60,874 bases of DNA from a virus. Lineage: Duplodnaviria; Caudoviricetes. Numbering within the stretch: the stretch's first letter is position 1; every line of letters begins with the position of its first letter. Made by a program: the position numbers and the translations under genes. The notes under the pieces were generated by a model that saw nothing but the letters and a program-made list of their open reading frames with translations, did not search any database and was not told the DNA's origin. Positions 25,661 through 36,300 of this stretch are shown in pieces. Where the stretch lies: the IMG/VR virus record IMGVR_UViG_3300012913_000002, positions 1-60,874 of that record. One strand, written 5' to 3'.

Positions 25661-28652
25661 ATGACGATGAAAACGCGACGAGTGACATTCGCGGGCTATG
25701 ACCGCGACAACGACAAGGTGTGGGAGGTGGAAGGCATGGGCTTCTTCCAGGCCACCACCTCCGAGGACGCCCGGATCAAGGCCCAGAGCCAGCCGGGTGC
25801 CGACTTCTACTGGTACCAGTCTCACTTCGGTCCCATCACCCCGGACCCGAAATGAGCACCATGAACGAGATGGTCAAGGAGATCGTCGGGTTCATCGACA
25901 ACAACCACCCGACGCTGGTCTCACACACTGATCCGGTCGAGGTCGCACCCAACGTCTACCGGGTGAATTTCTTCTACACCAACAGCCCCGGTGAGGTGGA
26001 GGTGGAGTTCCGTGTCAAGCAGTGACTTCGACCTCGAAAGGCACTGCGTGATCTGCTCGACCGAACTGGACGAAAACGGCAACTGCCCAAACAATCCGCC
26101 CTCGAACGAGGAGTGATCAGATGGACAAGAACGAAACCTCCGGCGAGTACGCCAGCCTGAGCGAACTGGCCGGGCAGTCCGATCCGCCCCGGGAGACCCG
26201 GGCGATCACCGAGACGCTGCGGCTGGCGCTGCTCGACTACGCCGACATGGCCGTGGGTGATGTGCAGGTCGTCGGGAGCGCCGTCGTGCTGCGGCCGGGC
26301 AGCGCTCTGACGTTCAGCGTGCTGGATGTCGATGGCGTCGAGTACGACGTGTTCGCCCGGCCGAGGCCCTGATGTACCGGCCAGCGGTTCCTGAGACTCC
26401 CGAGGAGGAGCAGGAGAAGCGCGAGCATGACGAAGACGAAACCGCCTGCGACTGGCCGTATGCCGAGCATGACGAGTCGGATTGCGAAACGGTCGACGGC
26501 GTCTGGGGCGGCACCTGCCGCCGCTGCGGAGCGGAACTGGGAGGAGACGAATGAGCGAGATGACCAGGGATGAGGTGCAGTCTTTCGGGGACGAGTTCGT
26601 CTTCTTCGGCTGGGGTCCACTGCCCAAGGCGGTGGGAACCCCGGTCCGGGCGTGGCGCTCCGGCGAGTGGATGATCCTGAAGCGGATCGAAGATGACCAG
26701 CCGCTCGGCACCGTCCGACTCTCGTCGCGCTGCTGGGGGCAGAAGTGAGCGGTGTGCAGGAGCGGTTCATCTCCTATCTGCCGGTCAGGGAAGCGCTCGC
26801 CCCTGTGAATGGCGCTCAGGTCATCGCCGACTCCTGGTGGATGGTCCACCCGAGCAAGGGGCTGGTGTTCTACCGCAAGTACAGCCCGCAGTGCAACATC
26901 GACAGCCGGATCTCCAAGAAACTCGCGTGGATGTATCCCGACTGTGAAGTTGCCTTCTTCCCAGTCGTTTTCGTGCCAATACGGCACCAGCCACCCGGAG
27001 GCTACTGATGGGCGAATTCGCACAGACCTTCTACGGCAAGGCAGTTCCTGGCGACACCATTGTCTGGGCTCGCGGCGGACGCTACTCGGTCCTGATTCTC
27101 GGCCGGGTCGATTCGCTCACGGCGAGCGGCAACCTGCGGATCACCGTGAGCCGAGCGGATCGATCGGACGTGAAGCCGGGGGAGCAACTGATTGCCACGG
27201 CTGCCAAATCGATGGTGGTGAAAATGGCATGAGTCTGTGGACCGTGCTGTTCGTGGTGTTCCTCGTCCTGAAGTTGGTCGGCGTCATCGCCTGGTCCTGG
27301 TGGCTGGTGTTCCTGCCGCTGATCATCTGGGTGGGGATCATCGTCTGGTACGTCTATCTGGTCCACAAGCGCCGTCAGCAGGCGCTGGCCAGGCTGCTGG
27401 CCCGGGAGCGGGCGATGAGTCATCTCAGGAGGTTCCGGTGACAATCGCTTGACAACCACCTGTCATGAGAGGAGAATAGAGTCATGACATCGACACTCGC
27501 AGAAGCGATCCTGAAGAACGTTGACACCGAGAACGCCACGTCCGGCGTCGCGGTTGCCGGTCTGATCATGGCCGAGGCCAACCGGCGCGAGCACCTTGCT
27601 GGTGGAGTTCAGTCCGTCGCCTGGAACCGCACCGAAGGCATCGGCGTCCTCGTGGACGACGAAGGCCAGATGGAGCACCTGTCCCACGCGCTCGGCCTGA
27701 ATGTCGTGCTGGAGAAGGTGAAGAACTACAACGCCGGTGGCCAGCCGGGCAACGGCTATGGCCGTCGTGGCACGTTCGGCGGCTACCGCGTCACCGTCTG
27801 GTATATCGAGGTCTGATGAACCGTCTTCCGATCTGGGCACAGTGGGCACTGGTTCCAGTGCTCACTGTTCTCATGCCCATCATCCTCAGTCTGGCACCGG
27901 AGATGTTCCCCGTGATCATCCTCTGCCTGCCGATCGCAGCAATCGTGGGCTTAGACAACAGTCCACGAAACCCCGTCTGGAACTGGAGAAAGGACCGAGC
28001 ATGAAGGTGCGGCGCACCAGGAACGGCAAGGTCTACGCCGTCCACAATACCCGCGCGATCGTGGTGGGCGGGATCGACCTGAAGCACATCGACTACCTGG
28101 TCAACGGCAGCAACGAGGCCCTGGACGACGTGCTGCCCGACGAGGCACCGGACGGCAAGTTCTGGCTCGACGGTTACGCCGCCGTCGAAGTCGACGACGA
28201 CACTCCCGTGGACGTGCTGTGAAGGACGCCCTGGGAACCAATTTCACCGTGCATGACCGGGTCGCGCTGATGGGTGATCCGGAAGGTGAGATCTACATCG
28301 GCCGGGTCACCATTGTAAACCTGGTCGATAACAGCGTGGTGGTCGAGTGCGACCACATCATCGATCGCCGGGGGAATGTCGCGTCCGGGAGGATGACGAT
28401 CCAGGCCGACCGGCGCTGGGCGCTGGTGCTGAAGTGAAAAGCATGACGGGAGAGACCGTTTACCGGGGCGACCAGGTCGTCCACATCAGCAGCACCGGGT
28501 TCATCCAGATCGGCAGGGTGATCGAACTCCTGCATGACCGGGAGGCCGTCAAGATCCTGATTCACACCTCGATGGCCACGGGTGCCTCACCCCGATCGGT
28601 TTCTGGTGGCACGGGGGTCGTCCCCTGCCAGAGGATTCTGGTCCTCAAGTGA
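25661..28652 (+). CDS. Cluster of about 14 small hypothetical ORFs (e.g. 25661-25855, 26121-26372, 26745-27008, 27008-27232, 27484-27816, 28219-28437, 28443-28652), several KOW/SH3-like or membrane
   Basis: Abutting or overlapping ORFs downstream of promoters at 25626 and 27449. Confidence 0.5.
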
Positions 28653-29194
28653 ACGCTCGCGCGGGAGTCGTTTCGGCGCAGGTGGCCTGGGGCATCAGCC
28701 TGCCGGTGACCGCAGCGGCTCCCACGCTGGAACTGAGCATCAAGGGAGCGGTGGCCGGGTTCCTGGTCGCCGCTCTCGCTTCGTTCATGCCGGACCTGGA
28801 TCACCCGAAGTCGACGGCCGGTCGGTACGTGCCGGACTGGGGCCGGGCATTGCTGGGCGGGCATCGGATGCTGACCCACTCGATCCTCTCGATCATCGTC
28901 GCTCACTGGCTGACCGGATACCTGATCGGTAACCCGATCGTGGCGAACGCGGTGGCGGTCGGCTGGGGTGTGCATGTGGCCATCGACATGCTGACACCAC
29001 AGGGTGTTGGCTTGTTATATCCCCTGTCCAGGCGTAGGTTCGGGCTGGGGTGGATCACAACAGGTTCCAAGGCTGAAGACCGGTTCGTCACCGGTATGAA
29101 GGTGCTGGGAATCAGTGTCGCCATCCTCTACGGATACCTGCTCTTTCCCGGAGGACATGAATGGCCACTGATGCAACATCCCCCCTTCGCATGA
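28649..29194 (+). CDS. Membrane-bound metal-dependent hydrolase (YdjM/LexA-binding family)
   Basis: MPDLDHPKS, GHRMLTHS, HVAIDMLTPQGV. Confidence 0.8.
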   Translation: MNARAGVVSAQVAWGISLPVTAAAPTLELSIKGAVAGFLVAALASFMPDLDHPKSTAGRYVPDWGRALLGGHRMLTHSILSIIVAHWLTGYLIGNPIVANAVAVGWGVHVAIDMLTPQGVGLLYPLSRRRFGLGWITTGSKAEDRFVTGMKVLGISVAILYGYLLFPGGHEWPLMQHPPFA

Positions 29195-29982
29195 CCGAAG
29201 ACACCATGCAGAACATCATTCGCGCCTGCCGCACCCAAATCCCCGCCGAGGCGTGTGGTTTCGTGGTTGCCGAGAAGGAAAACCCGACGATGGGCAACAG
29301 CATCCGGATGATGCCGAACGTCCATGAGAATCCTCTGCGCAACTACCTGATGGATGACGAGCAGGTGCGGACCGCCTACGCCGAGTTCGACCGGCTGGAG
29401 CAGGAGCCGATTGCCGTCTATCACAGCCACCCCGTCAGCGAGGCGCTGATGAGCGACCTCGATCGGGAGCGGGCGGCCGACGCATCGCTGGCCTACCTGA
29501 TCATCTCCTTCCAGGGCGGCCGGACGAAGGCGCGCGCCTTCCGGGTGCGACATTGGATCGGCAACACCGTCCCCTACGACGTCCCGATCCAGGTGCAGGG
29601 CAAGGTTTCGCAGGTCGAGAAGATCCCGCGCGGGCCGTGGGCACTGCTGGCCGGAAACTACGTGCGGATCTCGTACCAGCGCACCGGCAAGACCGCGTTG
29701 TCGATCTGTGTCGCACGGGTGCTCGACTGCGACGGCGACGTGGTGCGCCTCGACCCCGACCACAAGACCGCCGCCCGGATGATCCCGCTGGAGCGCATCC
29801 GTTCCGTGCACGTCCTGTCCGAGGGGGCCGGGGCGGCTGCGGTGCGCGAGCGGCTGCGGGTGCTGGCGGCCGACGCCAGAACTCTGCTGGCCTCGACGAA
29901 CGTCGGTGCCGTACCGTCGATGCTGGAAACGCTTCACCAGGCTTTCCCTGCGGGGATCAGCATCACGATGGAAGAGAAATGA
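29161..29982 (+). CDS. JAB/MPN+ (JAMM, M67) metalloprotease with C-terminal extension
   Basis: EACG...YHSHPVSEALMSDLD = E...HxHx7SxxD. Confidence 0.85.
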   Translation: MATDATSPLRMTEDTMQNIIRACRTQIPAEACGFVVAEKENPTMGNSIRMMPNVHENPLRNYLMDDEQVRTAYAEFDRLEQEPIAVYHSHPVSEALMSDLDRERAADASLAYLIISFQGGRTKARAFRVRHWIGNTVPYDVPIQVQGKVSQVEKIPRGPWALLAGNYVRISYQRTGKTALSICVARVLDCDGDVVRLDPDHKTAARMIPLERIRSVHVLSEGAGAAAVRERLRVLAADARTLLASTNVGAVPSMLETLHQAFPAGISITMEEK

Positions 29983-30188
29983 CGACGCAGCGGCAGCAGA
30001 TGACCGTGGTCCTGGTCTCCGTGCTCGGCGGCCCCAACGACGGCTGGACCGGCCGCATCAGCGTGCCCCTGGAAGATGAGGCACGCCAGCGGGTCCGGCT
30101 CGAAGGCACCGTCTACCGGGTCCGCCGCGAGCGGGGCCGGATCTTTCTCGTACACCCCACTGCCTGCGGACTGTTCTGGGAGGACTAG
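29979..30188 (+). CDS. Small hypothetical protein ('LGGPNDG' family)
   Basis: ATGA overlap; motif shared with the 34.3-35.2 kb genes. Confidence 0.5.
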   Translation: MTTQRQQMTVVLVSVLGGPNDGWTGRISVPLEDEARQRVRLEGTVYRVRRERGRIFLVHPTACGLFWED

Positions 30189-30538
30189 CCGAGTTGCTCG
30201 ACCGGCTTGAAGTGCCCGTTGAGGCGCAGTGCGTCCGCCAGGTTGGCATGGTCGCCGACCAGCGGCTGGCCGTAGGGCGCTGAGACGCGGGCAACCCACC
30301 GGTCGAACGTCTTCGGTTGCGCGGGCGTGGTGAGGATGAAGGCCTGATCGTTCCGGCTGGCCCACCATGCTCGCGCGAAGGCCGAAGCCGCCCGGCCACC
30401 AGCGGTATTCGCCTCGGGGCAGTCGATGCCTTCGAGCCGGATGTGCTGGTGGGTGTGCACCCAGAAGCCGAGGTCGATGTCGAGCACGAACGTGTCGCCG
30501 TCGATCAGCCGGAGCAGCCTCGCCTCGTACTGGTACAT
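30185..30538 (-). CDS. Thermonuclease (SNase-like)
   Basis: RLIDGDTF.LDIDLGF...IRLEGIDCPE...FDRWVA. Confidence 0.8.
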   Translation of the reverse strand: MYQYEARLLRLIDGDTFVLDIDLGFWVHTHQHIRLEGIDCPEANTAGGRAASAFARAWWASRNDQAFILTTPAQPKTFDRWVARVSAPYGQPLVGDHANLADALRLNGHFKPVEQLG

Positions 30539-30834
30539 CAGTAGGCCTTCACGGTGCCGATCCGGTAGACCGGTGCCTCCGGGTCGTCGGCGTAGCGGAC
30601 CCAGGCGGTGTACTTCCGCCCGGCCGTCAGCGGGAAGTCCGTGCCGGTGCCGACGAGGATGCCCCGCTCGCCACCGAGCACGGTGGGGTCGGCCCAGTCC
30701 AGTGGCCGGGCTCCGGGCGCAGTGAGCGTCACCTCGAACTCGGTGGTCTCCTCGCCGTCCGCCGTCACGGTGATCGGGCCGACCCATTCCTTCGTCTCGG
30801 CGGCGACCAGCCATGCCGTCAGTTCGTCAGCCAT
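30538..30834 (-). CDS. Small Ig-like putative virion protein
   Basis: Beta-rich 98 aa; 'YTAWVRYADDPEAPV' is typical of phage structural adaptors. Confidence 0.45.
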   Translation of the reverse strand: MADELTAWLVAAETKEWVGPITVTADGEETTEFEVTLTAPGARPLDWADPTVLGGERGILVGTGTDFPLTAGRKYTAWVRYADDPEAPVYRIGTVKAY

Positions 30835-32059
30835 CCTGTGCTCCCAGTGTCGCGGCGATCCGGCCCGGCTCTCCCAGGGCACTGACGATCCTCTGCTGCT
30901 CCGCCAGTGTCGCAGCCACCTGGACATCCCGGGGCGGAGGAAAGACTCTCCAGCGGGCGCTCAGGGCCGCTGAGACCCCATTGCGGACCAGCCATTCGAC
31001 GTCCAGATCCGACGCCAGCCGGTTGCGAACCAGCCACTGCCCGGCCAGGTCGGTCTCCACCCGGGAGAAGGATTTCCACCGCAGGTCGGCATCCGATGCG
31101 AGGACTTTGCGCACCAGCCACCGCAGGTCGGCGTCGGCCGCGACGGCGTTGCGGACCAGCCACTGCCCGGCCAGGTCGCTGGCCACCAGGTTGCGCACCA
31201 GCCAGCGGTTGTCGAGGTCGGACTGGACCTGAGCGAATGATCTCCAGCGGGCGTCGAGGTCGCTGAGCAGAGTTGAGCGTACGCCCCAGCGCAGGTCCGC
31301 GTCCGACGTGAGCGCGTTGCGGACCCGCCAGCGGGCGTCGGAGTCGCTGCTGATCCCGTTGCGGACCAGCCACCGCTCGTCCGAGTCGCTGAAGATCGTG
31401 CTCAGCGCCTCCGGCCCGATCTCCGCCTCCCGGCCGGAGTCGAACCGGACACTGTCGATGTCGACGGTGGCGGCGACCGTGGTGCCGTTCGCGGTGATGC
31501 CGTGGATCACCTGGAACATGCCGGTCGTGCCCATGTCGTAGGCGCTGGAGGTGGTGGCCGCAGCCAGCGCGGTGGTGCCCTCGTTGTCGTAGATGTTCAC
31601 CCGGAGCACACCCGTGGTAGAGGTCGCCACGGTCGCCACGGTCTCCACCCGGTACCAGGTGTTCAGGCTCAGCGCGGCGGCGTGGGTGAGCGTCCCGGCC
31701 CCGGCTTGGTTCTGGATCTGCAACCGGTTGGTGGAGCCGTTGTAGTTGAACGACATGATGTTGCCGAACGCGGCGTTCTGCGGGATGACGATCCGCTTGG
31801 TCGTGGCGAAGCCGGTGGGGATGCGGAACTTGAACGACAGCGCGAACTGGGTGCCGGTGACGGCCGGGCTGGTGGTGCGGCAGGTGACGTTGGTGGCCGG
31901 GACGCTGTAGGAACCGGCGAACGATCCGTAGGCCGCGCTGGAGGTGGACACGGCGGTGCAACTGGCACCGATCGACACCGTGCCCCCGGTGTTGGCGTTG
32001 GTCAGCGTCGTGCCAGCAGGCCCGGTCGCCTCATAGTCACAGGCTGTCGTCTTGGCCAT
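30827..32059 (-). CDS. Putative virion fibre: lectin/LamG-like head plus 11 x 14-aa Trp repeats
   Basis: Thr-rich N-domain (LNTWYRVE); repeats SD(L/A)DxRWxVRNxxx. Confidence 0.55.
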   Translation of the reverse strand: MAKTTACDYEATGPAGTTLTNANTGGTVSIGASCTAVSTSSAAYGSFAGSYSVPATNVTCRTTSPAVTGTQFALSFKFRIPTGFATTKRIVIPQNAAFGNIMSFNYNGSTNRLQIQNQAGAGTLTHAAALSLNTWYRVETVATVATSTTGVLRVNIYDNEGTTALAAATTSSAYDMGTTGMFQVIHGITANGTTVAATVDIDSVRFDSGREAEIGPEALSTIFSDSDERWLVRNGISSDSDARWRVRNALTSDADLRWGVRSTLLSDLDARWRSFAQVQSDLDNRWLVRNLVASDLAGQWLVRNAVAADADLRWLVRKVLASDADLRWKSFSRVETDLAGQWLVRNRLASDLDVEWLVRNGVSAALSARWRVFPPPRDVQVAATLAEQQRIVSALGEPGRIAATLGAQDG

Positions 32060-32589
32060 TACGGCAGCGTGTCGCCGGAGACGCGCAGCACCACACCGTC
32101 AGGGTTCAGCGCGGCAGCGCCAGCAGTCACCACTCGCCGCAGCCAGATGCCCTTGACCTGGCCGGGCGCGAGGTCGCCGATGGTCAGCGGGCCGGAGCCG
32201 AACGCGCCGATGCTGGAGGGGGTGCTGGTCTCGCTGGCGATCTGCGCCGCCTGCGCACCGGCCGACCCCTTGGCGCTCGCGGCGATGTTGTCGAGGGCGA
32301 TGGTGACCGTGCCGCCTCCGGCCGTCTCCGACTGCACGGCGATCGTGGCGGAGTAGAGGGTGAGCGTGGCGTGGTTGTTCAGGATGAAGATGCAGCGGTA
32401 CTCGGTGGAACCGGCCGCCGCCTCCGCGCCGGACACGTCGTCGAACACGTTGCCGGGGGTGGCGTCGGTGATCGCCGTCGTGCTGACGTACTTCCCGAGC
32501 GAACCGGCTGGCGTGCCAGCGGTGGAGTCCCCGGCTGAACCGGTGACCACCGACAGGCGTTTGACAATGTCGCTGGCAACGATGGCCAT
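32059..32589 (-). CDS. Putative virion structural protein
   Basis: SLGKY.S, NVFDDVSG.E, EYRCIF, IGDLAPGQVKGIWLRR pattern recalled from phage structural proteins. Confidence 0.5.
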   Translation of the reverse strand: MAIVASDIVKRLSVVTGSAGDSTAGTPAGSLGKYVSTTAITDATPGNVFDDVSGAEAAAGSTEYRCIFILNNHATLTLYSATIAVQSETAGGGTVTIALDNIAASAKGSAGAQAAQIASETSTPSSIGAFGSGPLTIGDLAPGQVKGIWLRRVVTAGAAALNPDGVVLRVSGDTLP

Positions 32590-32619
32590 GAGGAACTCCC
32601 TGAGTCGACTGCGGTCAGG

Positions 32620-33690
32620 TTACCCGTTCGAGCGCACCACGTACTGGCCGGACGGACCGCTGCCGATCAGCACCGCGCCGGACAGGGCCAGGCCACGCAG
32701 CCCCAGCCGCAGGGCCGGGTCGTTGTCGAACACGTTGTCGTGGACGCTGGCCGGGAGCGGCCCCATCTCCGCGCCCCAGCGGATCAACTGGTAGTCGTTG
32801 GTGCCGTACGGGTCGGGCAGGGCGAAGCAGCGGTTGCCGGACACGTCCCAGGAGTGGCCGGTGTTGAAGGACCCGCCGGACTGGAACGGCAGGGCGATGG
32901 GTGCCTGCCCGTACCCGAACCAGTTCTTCTGGATCTTGAAGTTGATGAACCGGCCGTTGCTCGGGCTCAGCATGACCGCCGTCCCCCACCGGCCGCCCGG
33001 GAAGGACGTGGCCAGCACGTCGTAGTGACCGAAGTTCGGGTTGGCCCGCATGTCGAAGAAGCAGCCACGCACGATGCCGTCCGTGCAGCCGTTGGACTGC
33101 ACCCCGTCGTTGTGGGACCAGCCGGGGTGGCTCGCATCGTTCGTATGCTTGGAGTCGTTGGCCCAGAAGGTGAACGGGCCGACGTCGCAGCCTTCCATCC
33201 ACACTCGTGAGCCCCAGTAGTTGACCAGGTCGCTGCCGTTCATGAACCGGGTGCGGGTGCACTTGCCGAGCCGTTCGCCGTTGGCGCACACCAGGTTCAC
33301 GTCCGGCTGGACGCAGTCGATCACGCAGTTGGTGAGGTTCAGGACGGCGTTCGCCGGGGTCGAGGTGGAGCGGGCGTAGACGATCGACGTCAGCGGGGGG
33401 CTGCCCGGCGTCGGGAAGGGGCGACCCTCCACGATCGAGTTGCTGAGGGTGCGGGGGATGGTGGCGGTGAACCTGACGTGCCCCTTGACCAGCAGCCGAT
33501 CGAGGTTGGCCGGGCTCGTGTTGGTGATCGTCACGTCCCCCTCGACCACGGTCAGGTCGGCCCGGGTCAGCCCGAGCACGTCCAGGCCGGTGATCGGCCG
33601 GTCGATGTCGAGGCGGAACGGGTCGTACCAGACGGAGGCCGTGGTGAAACTGCCCCGGGGTTCCGTGGCGGTGAAGTAGAGGCGAGTCAT
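32620..33690 (-). CDS. Parallel beta-helix (pectate-lyase-like) protein, possible depolymerase
   Basis: Asn/Asp/Gly-rich short beta repeats; HNDGVQ motif; NWFGYG. Confidence 0.55.
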   Translation of the reverse strand: MTRLYFTATEPRGSFTTASVWYDPFRLDIDRPITGLDVLGLTRADLTVVEGDVTITNTSPANLDRLLVKGHVRFTATIPRTLSNSIVEGRPFPTPGSPPLTSIVYARSTSTPANAVLNLTNCVIDCVQPDVNLVCANGERLGKCTRTRFMNGSDLVNYWGSRVWMEGCDVGPFTFWANDSKHTNDASHPGWSHNDGVQSNGCTDGIVRGCFFDMRANPNFGHYDVLATSFPGGRWGTAVMLSPSNGRFINFKIQKNWFGYGQAPIALPFQSGGSFNTGHSWDVSGNRCFALPDPYGTNDYQLIRWGAEMGPLPASVHDNVFDNDPALRLGLRGLALSGAVLIGSGPSGQYVVRSNG

Positions 33691-33923
33691 GGCATGGTGC
33701 CGGTGAATACCGCCGTGTGGCCGTCGTCGGAGACACGGGTGAGGGTGATCGTCGCGTCGGCAGCGGCGAGAGCCACCTTGAATATCACTGTGGCGGTGGC
33801 CTGCTCGCCGTTCGGTGCGGTGGCGGTGAACGGGATGGAGAGCGGCGGATACTCGATGGTCATTCTGATCGTGTCGCCGCGCACGTAGAAGGGCTTGTCG
33901 AAGGTGATCGTGGGTGCTGGCAT
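33687..33923 (-). CDS. Small Ig-like protein
   Basis: TITFDKPFYVRGDTIRMTI (MG2/Ig-like start). Confidence 0.45.
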   Translation of the reverse strand: MPAPTITFDKPFYVRGDTIRMTIEYPPLSIPFTATAPNGEQATATVIFKVALAAADATITLTRVSDDGHTAVFTGTMP

Positions 33924-34297
33924 GAGGTCAGCGTACGCTTTTTCGGCCGGACAGCAGCGCCCGCCAGCCTGGACAGGCATGGCGGGCGCTGGCGACGTGG
34001 TCCACTTCCTCCGGGTCCGCTGTCGAACGGCCCGGGGCTTGTGGCTCAGACAGTATAGAGCGTCATTCTGGCGTTACTGACCGGCCCATCTGCGCCCGCC
34101 ACCCGAAGGGTTGTAGCGGGCGTCGATCGTGGCCGTGTCATCGCGGTAGCGCCGGTTCGCACGGGCGTTGCCGCGTTCGTAGCCCTGCCACTCCTCGGCG
34201 ATCTCCTTCACGAAAGCCCGCCTGTCCGCCCACTGCTTCGCGGTCAGCCGATCTTCCTGGTCCGGAGCCGGGCCGTCGCCACGGTAGACGTAGGCCA

Positions 34298-35164
34298 TCA
34301 GATCACCGCGTCGGATCGGAGGCCGTGTGTCATCCGGGCATAGGGGTCGTCGATCGTGGCCACCCCCGGTGCACTTACGCGGTACACCTCATGGTCACCA
34401 CCGTCCACGATGGCGATGGTGTCGCCGATCTTGTAGTCCTCCTTCGGCCGATCGAGGAACCGTCCGTCGTACTTGCCTCCGAGCAGCCGGATCATCCTGC
34501 GATCCGTGGGAACTGCCGGGGCAGGGGCGTCAGCCAGTCGACACCTTGATCTGCGGGCACATACACGTCAGCACAGGCCGCCACGCCCGGCGTCTCCATC
34601 CGGTAGGTCTCAGTGACGTCGCCGTCCATGACGACGAACGACTGGCCGGGAGCGTAGGCATTGCTCGCCCGGTCCACCTGCTTGCCGTCGAACTCGCCTC
34701 CGATGAGCAGAATCATGATCACTCCTTCTCGTATCTGACTTCGCCTGCTGCGTACAGCAGGCCTGCACCGCGTGGTGGATTCGGGTCAAGCCGGGCGGTG
34801 CCGTCCGACATGATCAGGTAGGCCACCAGCGGCTCGTCGCGGCTGGTTTCGATGTTGACGTACTCGCCCGGCCCGAGCATCGCGCTGGCGTTGGGCAGGT
34901 ATCCGCCGTGAAATTTGCCTCCGGCGAGGGGAATGCGATTCACTCCCCCACCTCGAAGGCACCGAAGCGCATGATCGTGGAAGCGTCCGGCCGGTTGGCG
35001 ACGTGGCGTGCTTCGCCGCCGCTGTAGATCAGGTAGCAGTGGCCGGGCTCCTCTTGCTCCCAGTCCTGAACGATGTGCACTGCCTCGCCGGGGAGGACAG
35101 AGCATCGGGTGCGCAGGGTCTTCCCGTCGTAGGGGCCGCCTTTCAGGCGGATGGCGTTATCCAC
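34298..35164 (-). CDS. Tandem array of four small paralogues with an (I/L)xLxGGxxxG N-terminus
   Basis: 34298-34495 IRLLGGKYDG; 34492-34722 ILLIGGEFDG; 34719-34943 IPLAGGKFHG; 34940-35164 IRLKGGPYDG. Confidence 0.65.
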
Positions 35165-35838
35165 GAGTCTCCTTGATGTAGTCGAGCACTTCGTTGCGGC
35201 CCTCGAACGTTCGGTTACGAGTCTCTGCGAACATCATTCCCCCGTCGAGAGCATCGACAACGAAGAGGACTTCGTTCTGCCCCTTGCGAATCCACCATCC
35301 GGCGTACGGGGCCTTGATGCCGGGGTTCTTCTTGACCTTCCAGCCGTGATCGAATGCGGCCTTCAGGATCAGTTCCTCGCTGGTCATGCTTCCTCCAGTC
35401 GCATCGGCTCGCTGATCGCGGCGTAGCGGACGGTGTCCCCGTACAGGCCGGACTCGCGCCTGGTCCATCGATACCCATCAGGCGTGACGCGTTCGGCCCA
35501 GTCGTGGTTGCGCAGCCACTGCTGCACCGGCCAGTCGTTGGCGGGGTTGCCCTCAGGCAGTTCGATGGTTGCGATCGGAGCGGAGCCGTGCCCGGTGCCG
35601 TCATGCTCCAGGATCACCACGACGAGTTTCATGATTTGACCGCCCCGTCGGCGTCGGCGAGCGCGCGGGTCAACTGGAGGATCAGTCGCTGCGTGGCCGA
35701 GCGGGTCATCCACACGCGATGACCGTTCGTCTGCATACTCACGCCGATCCGATGGTCGCCCTTGTCCGGCGAGATGCTCGCCGACGCCTGGCTTTTCACG
35801 TCCCCTGTGTCCATGACTCTATGGTCCTCCCTTGTTAA

Positions 35839-36300
35839 CTACTTGTCAAGTGTTCCGCTGGCGGCGACGGGTGCCGGAGCCTCGGTGACTCTACCCAGGC
35901 TCCGCTTGGCGTTGATGGCCGCGACAGAGCGACCCAACTTCAGGGCAGCCTCCAACGCGGTGAAGGCGTACCGGCGCGAATCCTTGCGCCGCAGCGCCAG
36001 TTCCAGTTCCTCGCTGGTCCATTCCTTGCGGCTGTTCTCGCCCCGGCCAGCAGCGCCCTGCTGCTTCGCCAGCAGATCCCGGTTGGCCTGCACGCAGATG
36101 TCGCACTCGCAGCCCCAGTTCCGGTACGTGCTGGCGTTGTGCACGGTCGGCTCCCGGCCTTCGCGCTTCGCCTTGGCGATGTAGATCCGCTCGGTGTTGG
36201 CGTCCGTGCAGATATCGCACTTGCAGCCCTCGGCGTACCGGCCAGCCGTGCCGTGGGACCTGTTGCTCACCATCCACCTTCCCTGATGTAGTGATCGCAA
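35839..36300 (-). CDS. Zn-finger repeat protein with C-terminal Myb/HTH-like domain
   Basis: Two HxxxxxY..GCxCxxC units; WTSEELEL...AALKLGRSVAAI. Confidence 0.6.
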   Translation of the reverse strand: MRSLHQGRWMVSNRSHGTAGRYAEGCKCDICTDANTERIYIAKAKREGREPTVHNASTYRNWGCECDICVQANRDLLAKQQGAAGRGENSRKEWTSEELELALRRKDSRRYAFTALEAALKLGRSVAAINAKRSLGRVTEAPAPVAASGTLDK

